Source: an uncultured Burkholderiaceae bacterium (lineage in GTDB: Bacteria; Pseudomonadota; Gammaproteobacteria; Burkholderiales; Burkholderiaceae). From it: a DNA stretch of 64,000 nt. Below, one piece after another: positions 10,640 to 23,127 of the stretch. Location: contig CBIHRA010000010.1 of NCBI GenBank assembly GCA_966212325.1, positions 59,544-123,543 on the forward strand, written 5' to 3'. Made by a program: the position numbers and the translations under genes. Position 1 is the first letter of the stretch. Every line of letters begins with the position of its first letter. Under the pieces are notes generated by a model. The model was not told the origin of the DNA and did not search any database. It saw nothing but the letters and a program-made list of their open reading frames with translations.

Positions 10640-11980
10640 ATGACAGAACAGAAGAGAAAGCTCGAGAAGCTCGCCGGCGTAAAAGGCATGAACGACGTCC
10701 TGCCGCAGGACGCCGCGCTGTGGGACTTCTTCGAATCGACGGTCAAATCGATGCTTCGCGCTTACGGTTACCAGAACATCCGTACGCCGATCGTCGAGCA
10801 CACGCAGCTTTTCACGCGCGGCATCGGCGAAGTCACCGACATCGTCGAGAAGGAGATGTACAGCTTCGTCGATTCGCTCAACGGCGAACAGCTCACGCTG
10901 CGTCCCGAAAACACGGCCGCCGTCGTGCGCTCGGCCATCGAGCACAACTTGCTTTACGACGGCCCGAAGCGGCTCTGGTATATCGGGCCGATGTTCCGCC
11001 ACGAACGCCCTCAGCGCGGCCGTTACAGGCAGTTTCATCAAGTGGGCGTCGAGGCGCTCGGCTTCGCCGGGCCCGATACCGACGCCGAAATCATCCTCAT
11101 GTGCCAGCGGCTCTGGGACGATCTCGGCTTGACCGGCATTCGCCTCGAGATCAACTCGCTTGGACTTGCGCAGGAGCGCGCCGCGCACCGCGTCGAGCTC
11201 ATCGCCTATCTCGAGAAGCACGTCGATTCGCTCGACGAAGACGCCAAGCGCCGGCTCTACACGAACCCGCTGCGAGTGCTCGATACCAAGAACCCGGCGC
11301 TGCAGGAAATCGCGCAGAACGCACCGAAGCTGATCGACTTCCTCGGCGACGCATCGCGTGCGCACTTCGAGGGGCTGCAGCGTTTGTTGAAGGCGAACAA
11401 CATTCCGTTCACGATCAATCCGCGGCTCGTGCGCGGGCTCGACTACTACAACCTGACGGTGTTCGAGTGGGTGACCGATAAGCTCGGCGCGCAAGGTACG
11501 GTCGCGGCGGGCGGGCGGTACGACCCGCTGATCGAGCAACTGGGCGGCAAGCCCACCGCCGCATGCGGCTGGGCGATGGGCGTCGAGCGCATCCTCGAAT
11601 TGCTGAAGGAGGAGTCGCTGGCGCCTCAGCAAGAGGGCTGCGACGTCTATGTCGTCCATCAGGGCGAGCGTGCGCGCGAGCAGGCGTTCATCATTGCCGA
11701 GCGTCTGCGCGATACCGGCCTCGACGTCATTCTTCACTGCAGCGCAGATGGCGCATCGGCCAGCTTCAAGTCGCAAATGAAGCGGGCCGACTCGAGCGGC
11801 GCCGCGTTTGCCGTCATCCTCGGCGAAGACGAAATGGCGAACGGGACGGTCGGCGTCAAGCCGTTGCGCGATAGCGCGGCAGCCGGCGAAAAGAGTGAAC
11901 AGCGGACGGTTCCGGTCGAAAACTTGACCGAATTTCTAATCAATGCGATGGTTGCAACCGCCGAAGACGGCGAGGATTGA
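10640..11980 (+). CDS. hisS: Histidine--tRNA ligase
   Basis: Class II aaRS motifs are present ([24 protein letters not shown]; GGGRYD) with an anticodon-binding C-terminus. Confidence 0.96.
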   Translation: MTEQKRKLEKLAGVKGMNDVLPQDAALWDFFESTVKSMLRAYGYQNIRTPIVEHTQLFTRGIGEVTDIVEKEMYSFVDSLNGEQLTLRPENTAAVVRSAIEHNLLYDGPKRLWYIGPMFRHERPQRGRYRQFHQVGVEALGFAGPDTDAEIILMCQRLWDDLGLTGIRLEINSLGLAQERAAHRVELIAYLEKHVDSLDEDAKRRLYTNPLRVLDTKNPALQEIAQNAPKLIDFLGDASRAHFEGLQRLLKANNIPFTINPRLVRGLDYYNLTVFEWVTDKLGAQGTVAAGGRYDPLIEQLGGKPTAACGWAMGVERILELLKEESLAPQQEGCDVYVVHQGERAREQAFIIAERLRDTGLDVILHCSADGASASFKSQMKRADSSGAAFAVILGEDEMANGTVGVKPLRDSAAAGEKSEQRTVPVENLTEFLINAMVATAEDGED

Positions 11981-12037
11981 CGCAACTTTTGCCGCCCAAG
12001 ACAACCACGGCGCGAGACAAGAAGGAATCGCTTGGCG

Positions 12038-12667
12038 ATGAGTTATCACGACGAACAAGAATCGATTGAGAGCTTCAAGGCTTGGTGGGCGCAATGGGGC
12101 AATACGTCCACCTGGATCGTGCTCGTGGCGCTCGTCGCCGCGGCAGCATGGAACGGCTGGAACTTCTGGCAGCGCCGCCAGGCCGCGCAGGCCGCGGTGC
12201 TCTACGAACAGGTGCAGCAAGCCGTCTCGTCGAAGGACAAGGCCGCCATCGCCCGCGACGCCGGAGACATGGAATCGCGCTACGGCGGCACCGCCTACGC
12301 GCAGATGACGGCGCTGGCAGCGGCAAAGGCCCTCTATGATGCCGGCGACGCTGCAGGCGCGAAGGCGCAGCTGCAATGGGCGATCGATCACGCGAAAGAC
12401 GACGAGTACAAGGAGATCGCGAAGCTGCGCCTCGCGGCCGTTCTGCTTGATGAGAAGGCGTACGATGCCGGGCTCGCGCTGCTTGCGGGCACGCCGCCGG
12501 AAGGCTTCCAAGGCGCCGTGGCCGATCGCCGAGGCGATTTGCTCGCGGCGGCCGGAAAGCGCGCCGACGCGCGCAGCGCCTATCAGCTCGCGCTGTCGTC
12601 GCTGAACAAGAGCGATACGTCCTCGCGTCAGCTCATTCAATTCAAGCTCGACGCGCTGGGCGGCTGA
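12038..12667 (+). CDS. yfgM: YfgM-like TPR membrane protein (ancillary SecYEG/periplasmic chaperone network component)
   Basis: It has an N-terminal TM anchor plus a TPR-like region colinear with E. coli YfgM, and sits in the hisS-yfgM-bamB-der order. ATG 12038 is chosen over TTG 12032. Confidence 0.8.
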   Translation: MSYHDEQESIESFKAWWAQWGNTSTWIVLVALVAAAAWNGWNFWQRRQAAQAAVLYEQVQQAVSSKDKAAIARDAGDMESRYGGTAYAQMTALAAAKALYDAGDAAGAKAQLQWAIDHAKDDEYKEIAKLRLAAVLLDEKAYDAGLALLAGTPPEGFQGAVADRRGDLLAAAGKRADARSAYQLALSSLNKSDTSSRQLIQFKLDALGG

Positions 12668-12733
12668 CCGGCGCGCTTCGCGTCGCCGCAGCCGGCCTTT
12701 TCCGAACAACTTTTGACCAAGCCTCGCTCACCG

Positions 12734-13879
12734 ATGAATTTGCTGAAACGTTTCGCCTTGCCCGTCGCTTGCGCGATGACCGTCCTCGCGCTGGGGGCTT
12801 GCTCGTCCACCAAGGACGAACGCCGCAATCCGGTGCCGCTCACCGAGTTCAAGCCCGTCTTTACCGTCGAAAAGGCCTGGAGAGCGAGCGTCGGCAAGGC
12901 TGGACGTTACTTCTTCTCGCCGGTCGTCGTCGGCGACGCCGTCTACGCGGCCGGGTCGAACGGAACGGTCGCGAAAATCGACGGCAAGACCGGGCAGGAC
13001 GTTTGGCGCACCAAAGTCCATTCGGATCTGACGGCGGGGGTGGGTAGCGACGGCACCTACACGGCTGTCGGTACGGAGAAGGGCGGCGTGGCGGTGATCG
13101 GCGCCGATGGCAAGCTGCTGTGGAAGACTTCCGTGCCGGGCGAGATCGTATCGCCGCCGCTCGTCGGCAACGGCTACGTGATCGTCCGGACGATCGACGG
13201 CCAGATCAGCGCCTTCAACGCATCGACAGGCGAATTGCGCTGGCAGTACCGGAATCGCCCTGTGCCGCTCAACCTTCGTGTCGCGGCCGGTATGACGTTC
13301 GCCGGCGACGTCGCCGTGCTGGCCGGCTTTCCGGGCGGCTCGCTCGCGGCCATCAATTTGAAGACCGGCGATGACTACTGGCAGGCGCCCGTGTCGTTCC
13401 CGAAGGGCGTGACCGAAGTCGAGCGCATCAACGATGTGACGGGTGCGCCCGCGCTCGTCGGCGCGCAAGCCTGCGCCGTGACGTTCCAAGGTCGGCTCGG
13501 CTGCTTCGACGCGAACAATGGGCAGCCTGTTTGGGAAAAACCGTTCTCGGGCGTCAGCGGTCTTGCCGAAGACAACAAGGTGGTGGTCGCCCCCGATGAT
13601 TGGTCGGTGTTGCAAGCGTTCGACGTGACGACGGGCAACCCCCTTTGGAAGAACGACAAACTCAAGAATCGCGACCTGAGCGCGCCGTATTTGCTCGGGC
13701 CCGACGTCGTCGTGGGCGATTATCAGGGTTACGTCCATTTCCTGTCGCGCGACGACGGTTCGTTCCTCGCCCGCGTGAAGACGGACGGCAGCCGGATCAC
13801 GGCCGCGCCTGTCGCCGTGGGCAACACGTTGATCGTGCAAACGCAGGACGGCGACTTGTACGGGTTCGTCTCGCGCTAA
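12734..13879 (+). CDS. bamB: Outer-membrane protein assembly factor BamB (PQQ-like beta-propeller lipoprotein)
   Basis: It has a lipobox (LALGAC) after MNLLKRF.. and repeated beta-propeller blades, in the conserved position before der. An in-frame TTG at 12713 is also possible. Confidence 0.9.
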   Translation: MNLLKRFALPVACAMTVLALGACSSTKDERRNPVPLTEFKPVFTVEKAWRASVGKAGRYFFSPVVVGDAVYAAGSNGTVAKIDGKTGQDVWRTKVHSDLTAGVGSDGTYTAVGTEKGGVAVIGADGKLLWKTSVPGEIVSPPLVGNGYVIVRTIDGQISAFNASTGELRWQYRNRPVPLNLRVAAGMTFAGDVAVLAGFPGGSLAAINLKTGDDYWQAPVSFPKGVTEVERINDVTGAPALVGAQACAVTFQGRLGCFDANNGQPVWEKPFSGVSGLAEDNKVVVAPDDWSVLQAFDVTTGNPLWKNDKLKNRDLSAPYLLGPDVVVGDYQGYVHFLSRDDGSFLARVKTDGSRITAAPVAVGNTLIVQTQDGDLYGFVSR

Positions 13880-13896
13880 GCGCGGCGCCGCACCGA

Positions 13897-13936
13897 GCTG
13901 CGACAGAAGGCCGGCGTAGCCGGCCGCAGCTATTTT
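13897..13936 (+). terminator. Putative intrinsic terminator after bamB
   Basis: A GC-rich hairpin (GCTGC...GGCCGGC gta GCCGGCC GCAGC) is followed by TATTTT. Confidence 0.55.
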
Positions 13937-14111
13937 GAGCACCGGCGCGCGCGGCGCGTGGCCGGCCGATCGATTCGCGGCGCATCTCGCGCTGCGGTAT
14001 CGTGATGAAATTCGAGCGGTGACGCGCGACGCGTTTGCGTCGCCGGTACCCCGCAACTCGTCGTCCCGGCGAGCCAGCGCCAAGGCGCAAGCTTCACTTA
14101 GATAACCTCAG

Positions 14112-15449
14112 ATGAAACCCGTAATTGCCCTCGTCGGGCGCCCCAATGTGGGGAAATCCACCCTGTTCAACCGGCTGACGCGCTCGCGCGATGCGCTGGT
14201 AGCCGATTTGCCGGGCCTCACGCGCGATCGTCACTACGGCGAAGGGCGCGTGGGCGACCGTCCGTATCTCGTCGTCGATACGGGCGGGTTCGAGCCGGTC
14301 GCGAAGGACGGAATCCTGCACGAAATGGCGCGCCAGACGCGGCAGGCGGTCGAGGAGTCGGACATCGTCGTGTTCATCGTCGACGGACGCAACGGATTGG
14401 CGCCGCAGGACAAGGCGATCGCCGATTACCTGCGCAAGACGGGGCGGCCCATTTTTCTCGTCGTGAACAAGGCCGAGGGCATGAAGTACACGGCTGTCGC
14501 GTCGGACTTCTATGAACTGGGGCTCGGCGATCCGCGCGCGATTTCCGCCGCGCACGGCGACGGCGTGAACGAGATGATCAACGATGCGCTCGAGATCGCT
14601 TATGCGGGCCATCCGGAAGAGGACGACGACGAGAACAAGGCGCGCGGCGTCAAAATCGCGATCGTCGGGCGGCCGAACGTCGGCAAATCGACACTCGTCA
14701 ACACGCTCATCGGCGAGGACCGTGTCATTGCTTTCGACATGCCGGGCACCACGCGCGATTCGATCTACGTCGATTTCGAGCGGCAGGGCAGGAACTATAC
14801 GCTGATCGATACGGCGGGCCTGCGCCGCCGCGGTAAAGTGTTCGAGGCGATCGAGAAGTTTTCGGTGGTGAAGACGCTGCAGTCGATCGCCGACGCCAAC
14901 GTCGTCATTCTGCTGCTCGACGCGCGCCAGGATATTTCGGATCAAGACGCGCATATCGCGGGGTTCGTGGTCGAGCAGGGGCGCGCGCTCGTCGTCGGAG
15001 TCAACAAATGGGATGGACTCGATCCGCATGTGCGTGAGCGCACCAAAGCGGACATGATGCGTAAGCTGAAATTCCTCGACTTCGCTAAATTTCACTTCAT
15101 TTCCGCAACCGAGAAGACAGGCATCGGCGCCCTCATGCGATCGGTGGACGACGCCTATGCCGCTGCGATGGCCAAGCTTCCGACGCCGCGGCTCACGCGT
15201 GCGCTGATCGACGCAGTCGAATTCCAGCAGCCGCGCCGCCGCGGGCCGGTGCGCCCGAAATTGCGCTACGCGCACCAAGGCGGGCAGAACCCGCCCATCA
15301 TCGTCATCCACGGCAACGCACTCGACGCGGTGACCGAGACCTACAAGCGCTATCTGGAAAACCGCTTTCGAGAAACTTTCTCGTTGACCGGCACTCCATT
15401 GCGCATAGAGTTCCGCTCGTCGACAAACCCATACACGGACAAGCGCTGA
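14112..15449 (+). CDS. der: Ribosome-biogenesis GTPase Der (EngA), tandem GTPase domains
   Basis: It has two G1 motifs (GRPNVGKST twice) and a KH-like C-terminus. Confidence 0.96.
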   Translation: MKPVIALVGRPNVGKSTLFNRLTRSRDALVADLPGLTRDRHYGEGRVGDRPYLVVDTGGFEPVAKDGILHEMARQTRQAVEESDIVVFIVDGRNGLAPQDKAIADYLRKTGRPIFLVVNKAEGMKYTAVASDFYELGLGDPRAISAAHGDGVNEMINDALEIAYAGHPEEDDDENKARGVKIAIVGRPNVGKSTLVNTLIGEDRVIAFDMPGTTRDSIYVDFERQGRNYTLIDTAGLRRRGKVFEAIEKFSVVKTLQSIADANVVILLLDARQDISDQDAHIAGFVVEQGRALVVGVNKWDGLDPHVRERTKADMMRKLKFLDFAKFHFISATEKTGIGALMRSVDDAYAAAMAKLPTPRLTRALIDAVEFQQPRRRGPVRPKLRYAHQGGQNPPIIVIHGNALDAVTETYKRYLENRFRETFSLTGTPLRIEFRSSTNPYTDKR

Positions 15450-15591
15450 TGGGGCGCCCGGCGCGGGTCGGCCGGGCGGCCTAGCACAGCGTGCGCCAAC
15501 GAAAATCGGCTATAGTGTAGCGATTGGCGGCGGATTTCTTTTTCTTCGTCCCAATCTGGATCCAACCTGCAAAAAAACGACGGAGTTTGCT

Positions 15592-15828
15592 ATGAGCAAC
15601 AAAGGGCAACTGTTACAAGACCCGTTTCTGAACGCACTGCGCAAAGAGCACGTGCCGGTTTCCATCTATTTGGTCAACGGCATCAAGCTGCAAGGGAACA
15701 TCGAATCGTTCGACCAGTACGTCGTGTTGCTCCGGAACACCGTGACCCAGATGGTCTACAAGCACGCCATTTCGACCGTGGTGCCGGCTCGTCCGGTCAA
15801 CTTCCATCCCGATTCGGAAACGGCTTAA
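15592..15828 (+). CDS. hfq: RNA chaperone Hfq
   Basis: [45 protein letters not shown] is an Sm-fold Hfq. GGAG lies upstream. Confidence 0.98.
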   Translation: MSNKGQLLQDPFLNALRKEHVPVSIYLVNGIKLQGNIESFDQYVVLLRNTVTQMVYKHAISTVVPARPVNFHPDSETA

Positions 15829-15838
15829 ATTCATCCTA

Positions 15839-15890
15839 GCGGCCGGCACGGCGCCGACGTTCGGCGGGCCGTGCCGGCCGCTTCTCATTT
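15839..15890 (+). terminator. Intrinsic terminator/attenuator hairpin after hfq
   Basis: A 13-bp GC stem (GCGGCCGGCACGG...CCGTGCCGGCCGC) is followed by TTCTCATTT, immediately upstream of hflX. Confidence 0.65.
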
Positions 15891-15904
15891 AGACGCTCAT
15901 CAAT

Positions 15905-17104
15905 TTGATCAACGCAGCGCTCGTCGGCGTCGATTTCGGAAAAATCGATTTCGAAGCCAGTCTCGAAGAACTCAGCCTGCTCGCGCAAAGCGCGGGCGCC
16001 CATCCAGCCGTCACGTTGACCGGGCGCCGCTCGAGTCCCGACGCCGCTTTGTTCGTCGGCAGCGGCAAGGCCGAGGAATTGCGTCTCGCCTGCGAAGCGA
16101 ACGACGTCGAAATCGTCATCTTCAATCATGCACTCGCACCGGCTCAGCAGCGTAATTTGGAGCGGGCGCTTAACCGTCGCGTCGTCGATCGCACGAGCCT
16201 GATTCTCGATATCTTCGCGCAACGCGCGCGCAGTCATGAAGGCAAATTGCAGGTGGAACTCGCGCAACTGCAATACATGGCTACGCGCCTCGTTCGCGCA
16301 TGGACCCACCTCGAGCGGCAAAAAGGCGGCATCGGGTTGCGCGGCCCCGGCGAAACCCAGCTCGAAACCGACCGTCGCTTGATCGGCGAGCGCATCAAAA
16401 TGCTCAAGGGGCGCCTCGACAAGCTGCGCCGCCAGCACGGTACGCAGCGTCGGCAACGCGCCCGCAACCGCGCCATGTCCGTTTCGCTCGTCGGCTACAC
16501 GAACGCCGGGAAATCCACGCTGTTCAATGCACTGACCAAGGCGCAAGCCTATGCCGCCGATCAATTGTTCGCGACGCTGGATACGACTTCGCGCCGGCTC
16601 TATCTCGGAGAAGACGCCGGGCAGGTGATTATTTCCGACACCGTGGGCTTCATTCGCGAATTGCCGCACCAACTCGTCGCGGCATTTCGAGCGACGCTCG
16701 AGGAAACGATTCACGCCGATCTGCTGCTGCATGTCGTCGATGCTTCGAGTGCAGTGCGGCTCGACCAGATCGACCAAGTCAACGAGGTGCTCGGTGAAAT
16801 CGGTGCGCATGCGGTTCGGCAGATTCTCGTCTTCAACAAGATCGACGCCGTGCCCGAATTGGCGGCGCGCGGAGAGGCGGTCGAGCGGGACGAGTATGGT
16901 AATATTTCGCGCGTCTTTTTGAGCGCGCGCACGGGGCAAGGTTTGGATACGCTGCGCGCAGCCATCGCCGAAATCGCCACCTCAGACCATCTCCCAGATA
17001 GCGGGCGAGCGCAGCCGGAAGAAGCATCACCGGGGCATGAGCGCGAAGACTACGACGCGTCGGCGTCATCGGGCGCGCGAACATGGCGCTCCGATTTGCA
17101 TTGA
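15905..17104 (+). CDS. hflX: GTPase HflX
   Basis: It has an HflX N-domain plus a G domain (VGYTNAGKSTLFN, DTVGFI), following hfq. The only start after the upstream in-frame stop is TTG 15905. Confidence 0.92.
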   Translation: MINAALVGVDFGKIDFEASLEELSLLAQSAGAHPAVTLTGRRSSPDAALFVGSGKAEELRLACEANDVEIVIFNHALAPAQQRNLERALNRRVVDRTSLILDIFAQRARSHEGKLQVELAQLQYMATRLVRAWTHLERQKGGIGLRGPGETQLETDRRLIGERIKMLKGRLDKLRRQHGTQRRQRARNRAMSVSLVGYTNAGKSTLFNALTKAQAYAADQLFATLDTTSRRLYLGEDAGQVIISDTVGFIRELPHQLVAAFRATLEETIHADLLLHVVDASSAVRLDQIDQVNEVLGEIGAHAVRQILVFNKIDAVPELAARGEAVERDEYGNISRVFLSARTGQGLDTLRAAIAEIATSDHLPDSGRAQPEEASPGHEREDYDASASSGARTWRSDLH

Positions 17105-17136
17105 CCGGCTCTCCCAACTCGAGCGAACGAACACAG

Positions 17137-18474
17137 GTGAACGAATACAACGAGCGGAGTTTCTGGCTGCGTGCGCGCGCCATTCTTTCGATCAGCGATC
17201 CTCGTTGGGGGCGCACCGACGGCAACGGCAACCGGCAGCGGCCGAACGAACCGAAGCGCGGCGACGGTGACGGCCCACCCGATCTCGACGAAATGTGGCG
17301 CGATTTCAATCGTCGGCTGTCGCGTTTCTTCGGCGGGAAGGGGCAGGGCGGCGACCCGGGCGGGCGTCGCCCCGACAACGGGCGGGCCGCACGCGTCGGC
17401 GTCGGTATCGTTATCGGCGTGCTGGTGGCAATCTACATCGGCAGCGGCGTATTCGTCGTTCAGGACGGGCAAACGGGCATCGTTCTTCAATTCGGCCAAT
17501 ATCGAAGCACGGTCGAACCCGGCGTGCACATGCGTCTGCCTTATCCGTTCGAGACGCACGAAATCGTCAATGTGGCGCAAATTCGTTCGGTCGAAATCGG
17601 CCGCGGCAATGCGATGAGCGATGCGAGCATGAAGGACGCATCGGTCATTACGCGCGACGGCGATATCGTCGATGTTCGCGTAGCGGTTCAGTATCAAGTG
17701 AAATCGGCCAGCGACTACTTGTTCCGCACCGCGGACCCGGACCTCAGCGTCACGCAAGCCGCACAGGCGGCCGTGCGCGAGATCGTCGGAGCGCGCAGCA
17801 CGGAAAGCCTGCTCGCCGGCAATCGCGATTCGATCCGCGAGCCGCTCATGCAAGCCGTGCAGCGAGCGTTGGACCGGTACCGGTCCGGGCTCGCGGTGAC
17901 GAGCGTCACCGTTCAGTCGATCGAGCCGCCGGGCGCCGTGCAAAGCGCTTACGCCGACGCCGTTCGCGCGCAGCAAGAGCGCGCGCGTGCGAAGGCCGAA
18001 GCGCAAAGCTATGCGGGCCAAATCCTGCCCGGTGCGAAGGAGCAGGCGCAGCGCACGATCGACGATGCGAAGGCCTACGCCGCGCGTGTCGAGTCGCAGG
18101 CCCAGGGCGACGCCGAGCGCTTCAAGCAGGTCTACGCCCAATACGCAAAAGCGCCGGCAGTCGTGCGCGAGCGGATGTACCTGGAAACCATGCGCGACAT
18201 CTACGCCAATACGACGAAGGTGTTCGTCGGCAACAAGGCCGGCAACGGCACCCTGAATCTGTCGATCGACAAGCTGCTGGAGGCGAACAGGCGCGCCGCG
18301 CCCCAAACGGGTGCGTCGGCGCCGGCTGCCGCGCCTAACGCGGCGTCGGCCGCTGGCACGCAACCGCCGCCCGCCGCGCCTAGCGCGGCGAGCCAAGCGG
18401 CGGCCGCGAGCGATGTGCTGCGTTCGCGCGACGCGCTACGCAGCCGCTCGCGCGAAGACGATCTGCAGCAATAA
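17137..18474 (+). CDS. hflK: FtsH protease modulator HflK (SPFH/band-7)
   Basis: It has a PPDLDEMWRDFNRRL N-terminal region, a TM segment and an SPFH domain. The start is uncertain: GTG 17137 (VNEYNER..) is preferred over 17083, which overlaps the hflX end. Confidence 0.88.
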   Translation: MNEYNERSFWLRARAILSISDPRWGRTDGNGNRQRPNEPKRGDGDGPPDLDEMWRDFNRRLSRFFGGKGQGGDPGGRRPDNGRAARVGVGIVIGVLVAIYIGSGVFVVQDGQTGIVLQFGQYRSTVEPGVHMRLPYPFETHEIVNVAQIRSVEIGRGNAMSDASMKDASVITRDGDIVDVRVAVQYQVKSASDYLFRTADPDLSVTQAAQAAVREIVGARSTESLLAGNRDSIREPLMQAVQRALDRYRSGLAVTSVTVQSIEPPGAVQSAYADAVRAQQERARAKAEAQSYAGQILPGAKEQAQRTIDDAKAYAARVESQAQGDAERFKQVYAQYAKAPAVVRERMYLETMRDIYANTTKVFVGNKAGNGTLNLSIDKLLEANRRAAPQTGASAPAAAPNAASAAGTQPPPAAPSAASQAAAASDVLRSRDALRSRSREDDLQQ

Positions 18475-18486
18475 GGAGCGCTCGCC

Positions 18487-19398
18487 ATGAATCGTATCGT
18501 TGCGCTCGTGATCGTCGTCGTCGCCGTGCTGTTCGTCGGCTCTTCGACTTTGCTCGTCGTCGACCAGCGTCACGTGGCCGTGGTGTACTCGCACGGTGGC
18601 GAGAACCCGGCCGTCGTCGGCCCCGGCCTGCACGTGAAGTTGCCGACGCCGCTTCAATCGGCGATGGTCGTCGATACTCGTTTGCGTACGCTGGAGCCGG
18701 CCGATGCCGACCGTTACGTCACGTCGGATAAAGCTGAACTGCTCGTCACGCCGGTGCTCAAGTATCGTGTGACCGACCCGCTCAAGCTGTTCAAGGAAAC
18801 GGACGGCGATCAGCACAGCGCGGCCGAGCGGCTGGCTACGCAGGTACGCGGGGCGCTCGGCGATGCCTTCGAAAAACGCGCGCTGAATGACGTTTTGTCG
18901 AACGAGGCTCAGGTCGCACAAGAGGCGCAGGGGGCTGTCGCGCGTGCCGCGACGGCGCTCGGCGTCGACATCGTCGATCTGCGCCTCGTTCGCATCGACT
19001 TTCCGCAGGCGAGCGCCGAAGCCGTCTACAAGCGTATGGCTGCTGCGCGCGAGCGCATGGCGAGCGACGAGCGTGCGCAAAGCGCGGCGGAAGTGGCGCA
19101 AATCAAGGCCGACGCGGAACGTCAGCGCCAGGCCGTGCTGGCCGATGCCTATGCGACGGCGCAGGCCGTGAAGGGCGAGGGCGACGCTAAAGCGGCGGCG
19201 ATCGCAGCCGACGCCTTCGGGCGCGATCCTGCGTTCTACCGGTTCTACCAGAGCCTGGAAGCGTATCGCAGCGTGTTCAAGCCCGGCGACGTCATCATCG
19301 TGGATCCCGACAGCGAGTTTTTCCGTTTCATGCGCAGCTCCGACGGAAACGCCGCCTCCACCACCTCCCCGGCCCCCTCGGCTTCACGCAAACATTGA
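18487..19398 (+). CDS. hflC: FtsH protease modulator HflC (SPFH/band-7)
   Basis: It has an N-terminal TM segment plus an SPFH domain and directly follows hflK. Confidence 0.93.
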   Translation: MNRIVALVIVVVAVLFVGSSTLLVVDQRHVAVVYSHGGENPAVVGPGLHVKLPTPLQSAMVVDTRLRTLEPADADRYVTSDKAELLVTPVLKYRVTDPLKLFKETDGDQHSAAERLATQVRGALGDAFEKRALNDVLSNEAQVAQEAQGAVARAATALGVDIVDLRLVRIDFPQASAEAVYKRMAAARERMASDERAQSAAEVAQIKADAERQRQAVLADAYATAQAVKGEGDAKAAAIAADAFGRDPAFYRFYQSLEAYRSVFKPGDVIIVDPDSEFFRFMRSSDGNAASTTSPAPSASRKH

Positions 19399-19439
19399 TT
19401 CAGGGGCGCCGCCGATCGACCGGCGGCGCCGGCATCCCC

Positions 19440-19631
19440 ATGGACATGGCCGGTTCGTTACTGCTTGCGATCGCACTGATGCTCATCATCGAGGGCATGT
19501 TTCCCTTCGTCTTCCCGACGGCGTGGCGCGAGACCTTTCGTAAAATAGCGGAACGCCCGGCGCATCACATCCGGATCGGCGGCTTGATCGTCATGGCGCT
19601 CGGCTTGTTGCTGCTCGTCGCGGCCACCTGA
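19440..19631 (+). CDS. Small membrane protein, DUF2065 family
   Basis: A 63-aa, two-TM protein (LLLAIALMLIIEGMFPF..) in the position typically found after hflC. An alternative TTG start at 19395 overlaps the hflC stop. Confidence 0.7.
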   Translation: MDMAGSLLLAIALMLIIEGMFPFVFPTAWRETFRKIAERPAHHIRIGGLIVMALGLLLLVAAT

Positions 19632-19732
19632 ATGCAAACTTGACGGCCCGCGCGAACGCCCGAGGCGTGCGTCTTTCCACGGGCTCTCGGCCGCGCGCTG
19701 CGCGGCTTCACTAACGTCGTAGGATTCAATCG

Positions 19733-20899
19733 ATGTCGACCTGGCTGCTTCCCGAAAATATCGCCGATGTGCTGCCCTCCGAGGCGCGCAAGATCGAAGA
19801 GCTGCGGCGTGCGCTGCTCGATCGCTTCCGCACCTACGGGTACGAAATGGTGATGCCGCCGCTGCTCGAGTATCTGGAGTCGCTGTTGACGGGGGGCGGC
19901 ACCGATCTGAATTTGCGCACCTTCAAGCTCGTCGACCAATTGTCGGGCCGTACGCTCGGGTTGCGCGCCGATACTACGCCGCAGGTCGCGCGCATCGATG
20001 CCCATTTGCTCAATCGCCAAGGCGTAACCCGGCTCTGCTATGCCGGCAGCGTATTGCATACGCGGCCGCGCGGCTTGCACGCCACGCGCGAGCAAATCCA
20101 AATCGGCGCCGAAATCTACGGTCATGCCGGGCTCGAAGCCGATCTGGAAGTCCAGCAATTGATGCTCGACGTCCTGCGCTTGGCGGGTATCGGGCACGTC
20201 CGGCTCGATCTTTGTCACGCGGGCGTGCTGTTGGCGCTGTTCGAGCACGATCGTGTCGCGGCCGAACGCGGAGAGACGCTCTACGAGGCGTTAGCCGGCA
20301 AGGACGTGCCGCGCATCGCCGAGCTCACGGAAGACCTGGATCCCGCGGTGCGCGACGCGTTGCGCGCGTTGCCGTCGCTTTACGGCGACGCCTCGGTGCT
20401 CGAGCTTGCGCGCCAACAGTTGCCGCAGTGGCCGGCGATCACGCGTGCGCTAGACGATCTCGCGTTCCTCGCAGCACACGTCGAGGGCGCGCAGGCCGCC
20501 ATCGACCTCGCCGATTTGCGCGGCTACGCGTACCACAGCGGCGTGATGTTCTCCGCTTATGTCGACGGCGTGCCGAACGCGCTCGCGCGTGGAGGCCGCT
20601 ACGATCACGTCGGTCAGGCGTACGGCCGGGCACGGCCGGCAACGGGCTTTTCGCTCGACCTGCGTGAAATCGCACGTATTTCGCCGATCGAAGCGCGCAG
20701 CAGTGCGATCTTGGCGCCGTGGAAACACGACGATCTGTTGCGCGAACGCGTCGCCGCATTGCGCGATGCGGGAGAGGTCGTGATTCAAGCGCTTCCGGGG
20801 CACGATCACGCGCCCGACGAATTCGCCTTCGACCGCATCCTCGTCGAGCGCGACGGCGCGTGGATCGTGGAGGCTCGCGAGCCCGATCCGTCTGCTTGA
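19733..20899 (+). CDS. hisZ: ATP phosphoribosyltransferase regulatory subunit HisZ
   Basis: A HisRS-like catalytic core without an anticodon domain ([21 protein letters not shown]). It lies upstream of purA, as in many betaproteobacteria. Confidence 0.9.
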   Translation: MSTWLLPENIADVLPSEARKIEELRRALLDRFRTYGYEMVMPPLLEYLESLLTGGGTDLNLRTFKLVDQLSGRTLGLRADTTPQVARIDAHLLNRQGVTRLCYAGSVLHTRPRGLHATREQIQIGAEIYGHAGLEADLEVQQLMLDVLRLAGIGHVRLDLCHAGVLLALFEHDRVAAERGETLYEALAGKDVPRIAELTEDLDPAVRDALRALPSLYGDASVLELARQQLPQWPAITRALDDLAFLAAHVEGAQAAIDLADLRGYAYHSGVMFSAYVDGVPNALARGGRYDHVGQAYGRARPATGFSLDLREIARISPIEARSSAILAPWKHDDLLRERVAALRDAGEVVIQALPGHDHAPDEFAFDRILVERDGAWIVEAREPDPSA

Positions 20900-21015
20900 G
20901 CCGACGCTCGGCTGCATGTCGGCGCGCAGCCGTCAATGGTCCATGCCGTTGAAGCGAAACGGAAAAATTCGGAAGCTTCTGCGAACATGGGTAGAATACG
21001 TTTTTAACCAGCTAA

Positions 21016-22371
<1,356 letters not shown>

Positions 22372-22374
22372 GCG

Positions 22375-22986
22375 ATGACGGAGAGCATGACGATGATTGC
22401 CATGACCGATTCGCGCAACGACGAAAAGAACCTCTGGGTGAATTGGGACGAGTACCATCGGCTCATCGAGCTGTTGGCGCTCGCCGTGCACGATTCCGGA
22501 TGGAAGTTCGACAAGATTTTGTGTCTGGCGCGCGGCGGGCTGCGAGTGGGCGATCAGCTCTCGCGCATCTACGACCTGCCGCTCGCGATTCTGGCCACCA
22601 GTTCGTATCGCGAAGCGGCCGGCACGTTGCAAGGCGATCTCGATATCGCCCAGTACATCACGATGACGCGCGGTGACTTGTCCGGCAACGTGCTCCTGGT
22701 CGACGATCTCGTCGATTCGGGCGTGACGCTGGCACGCGTGCAACAGCATTTGAAGGAGCGCTATCCGGCGGTGACCGCGGTCCGCTCCGCCGTGCTTTGG
22801 TACAAAGGTTGTTCGAAGGTCAAGCCCGACTATTTCGTCCAACATTTGCCCACGAACCCGTGGATTCATCAGCCGTTCGAGGAATGGGACACGGTTCGGC
22901 CTCACAATTTGGGCGCCTGGATCAAGCGCGGCGTTCAACAAGACGCGTCGTTCGGATCGTCCTCGGGTGCATCCACCGGCACGTAA
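22375..22986 (+). CDS. Phosphoribosyltransferase family protein (purine PRTase-like)
   Basis: It has the PRPP-binding motif VLLVDDLVDSGVTL. It starts 3 bp after the purA stop. Confidence 0.8.
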   Translation: MTESMTMIAMTDSRNDEKNLWVNWDEYHRLIELLALAVHDSGWKFDKILCLARGGLRVGDQLSRIYDLPLAILATSSYREAAGTLQGDLDIAQYITMTRGDLSGNVLLVDDLVDSGVTLARVQQHLKERYPAVTAVRSAVLWYKGCSKVKPDYFVQHLPTNPWIHQPFEEWDTVRPHNLGAWIKRGVQQDASFGSSSGASTGT

Positions 22987-22995
22987 GTTGCGATC

Positions 22996-23016
22996 GGGCA
23001 GCGGCGAAGGCTGCCC
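22996..23016 (+). terminator. Possible terminator hairpin after the purA-PRTase pair
   Basis: GGGCAGC ggcgaag GCTGCCC lies 10 bp after the stop. There is no clear T-tract. Confidence 0.35.
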
Positions 23017-23127
23017 GTGCAGTGCCGTTCTTGCCTCTTCATTTCGCCTTTTTCACCTGTCCTTCATCGCCCTGCGCCGCTAGAATAGCGTCGCTGCCGG
23101 CTGATCCGGTACGAATCCTTTGCGTTT

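Noticed and set aside
9263-11776. An 837-aa ORF antisense to ispG/hisS, and the overlapping 708-aa + ORF 9355..11481
   Set aside because: These are shadow or out-of-frame ORFs with Arg-rich composition. ispG and hisS in the alternative frames have full-length diagnostic motifs.
12728-18396. A series of 370-450-aa minus-strand ORFs (12728..14083, 14094..15311, 15836..16939, 17050..18396) opposite bamB, der, hflX and hflK
   Set aside because: All are antisense to well-supported genes and have the Arg/His/Asp-rich composition of shadow frames.
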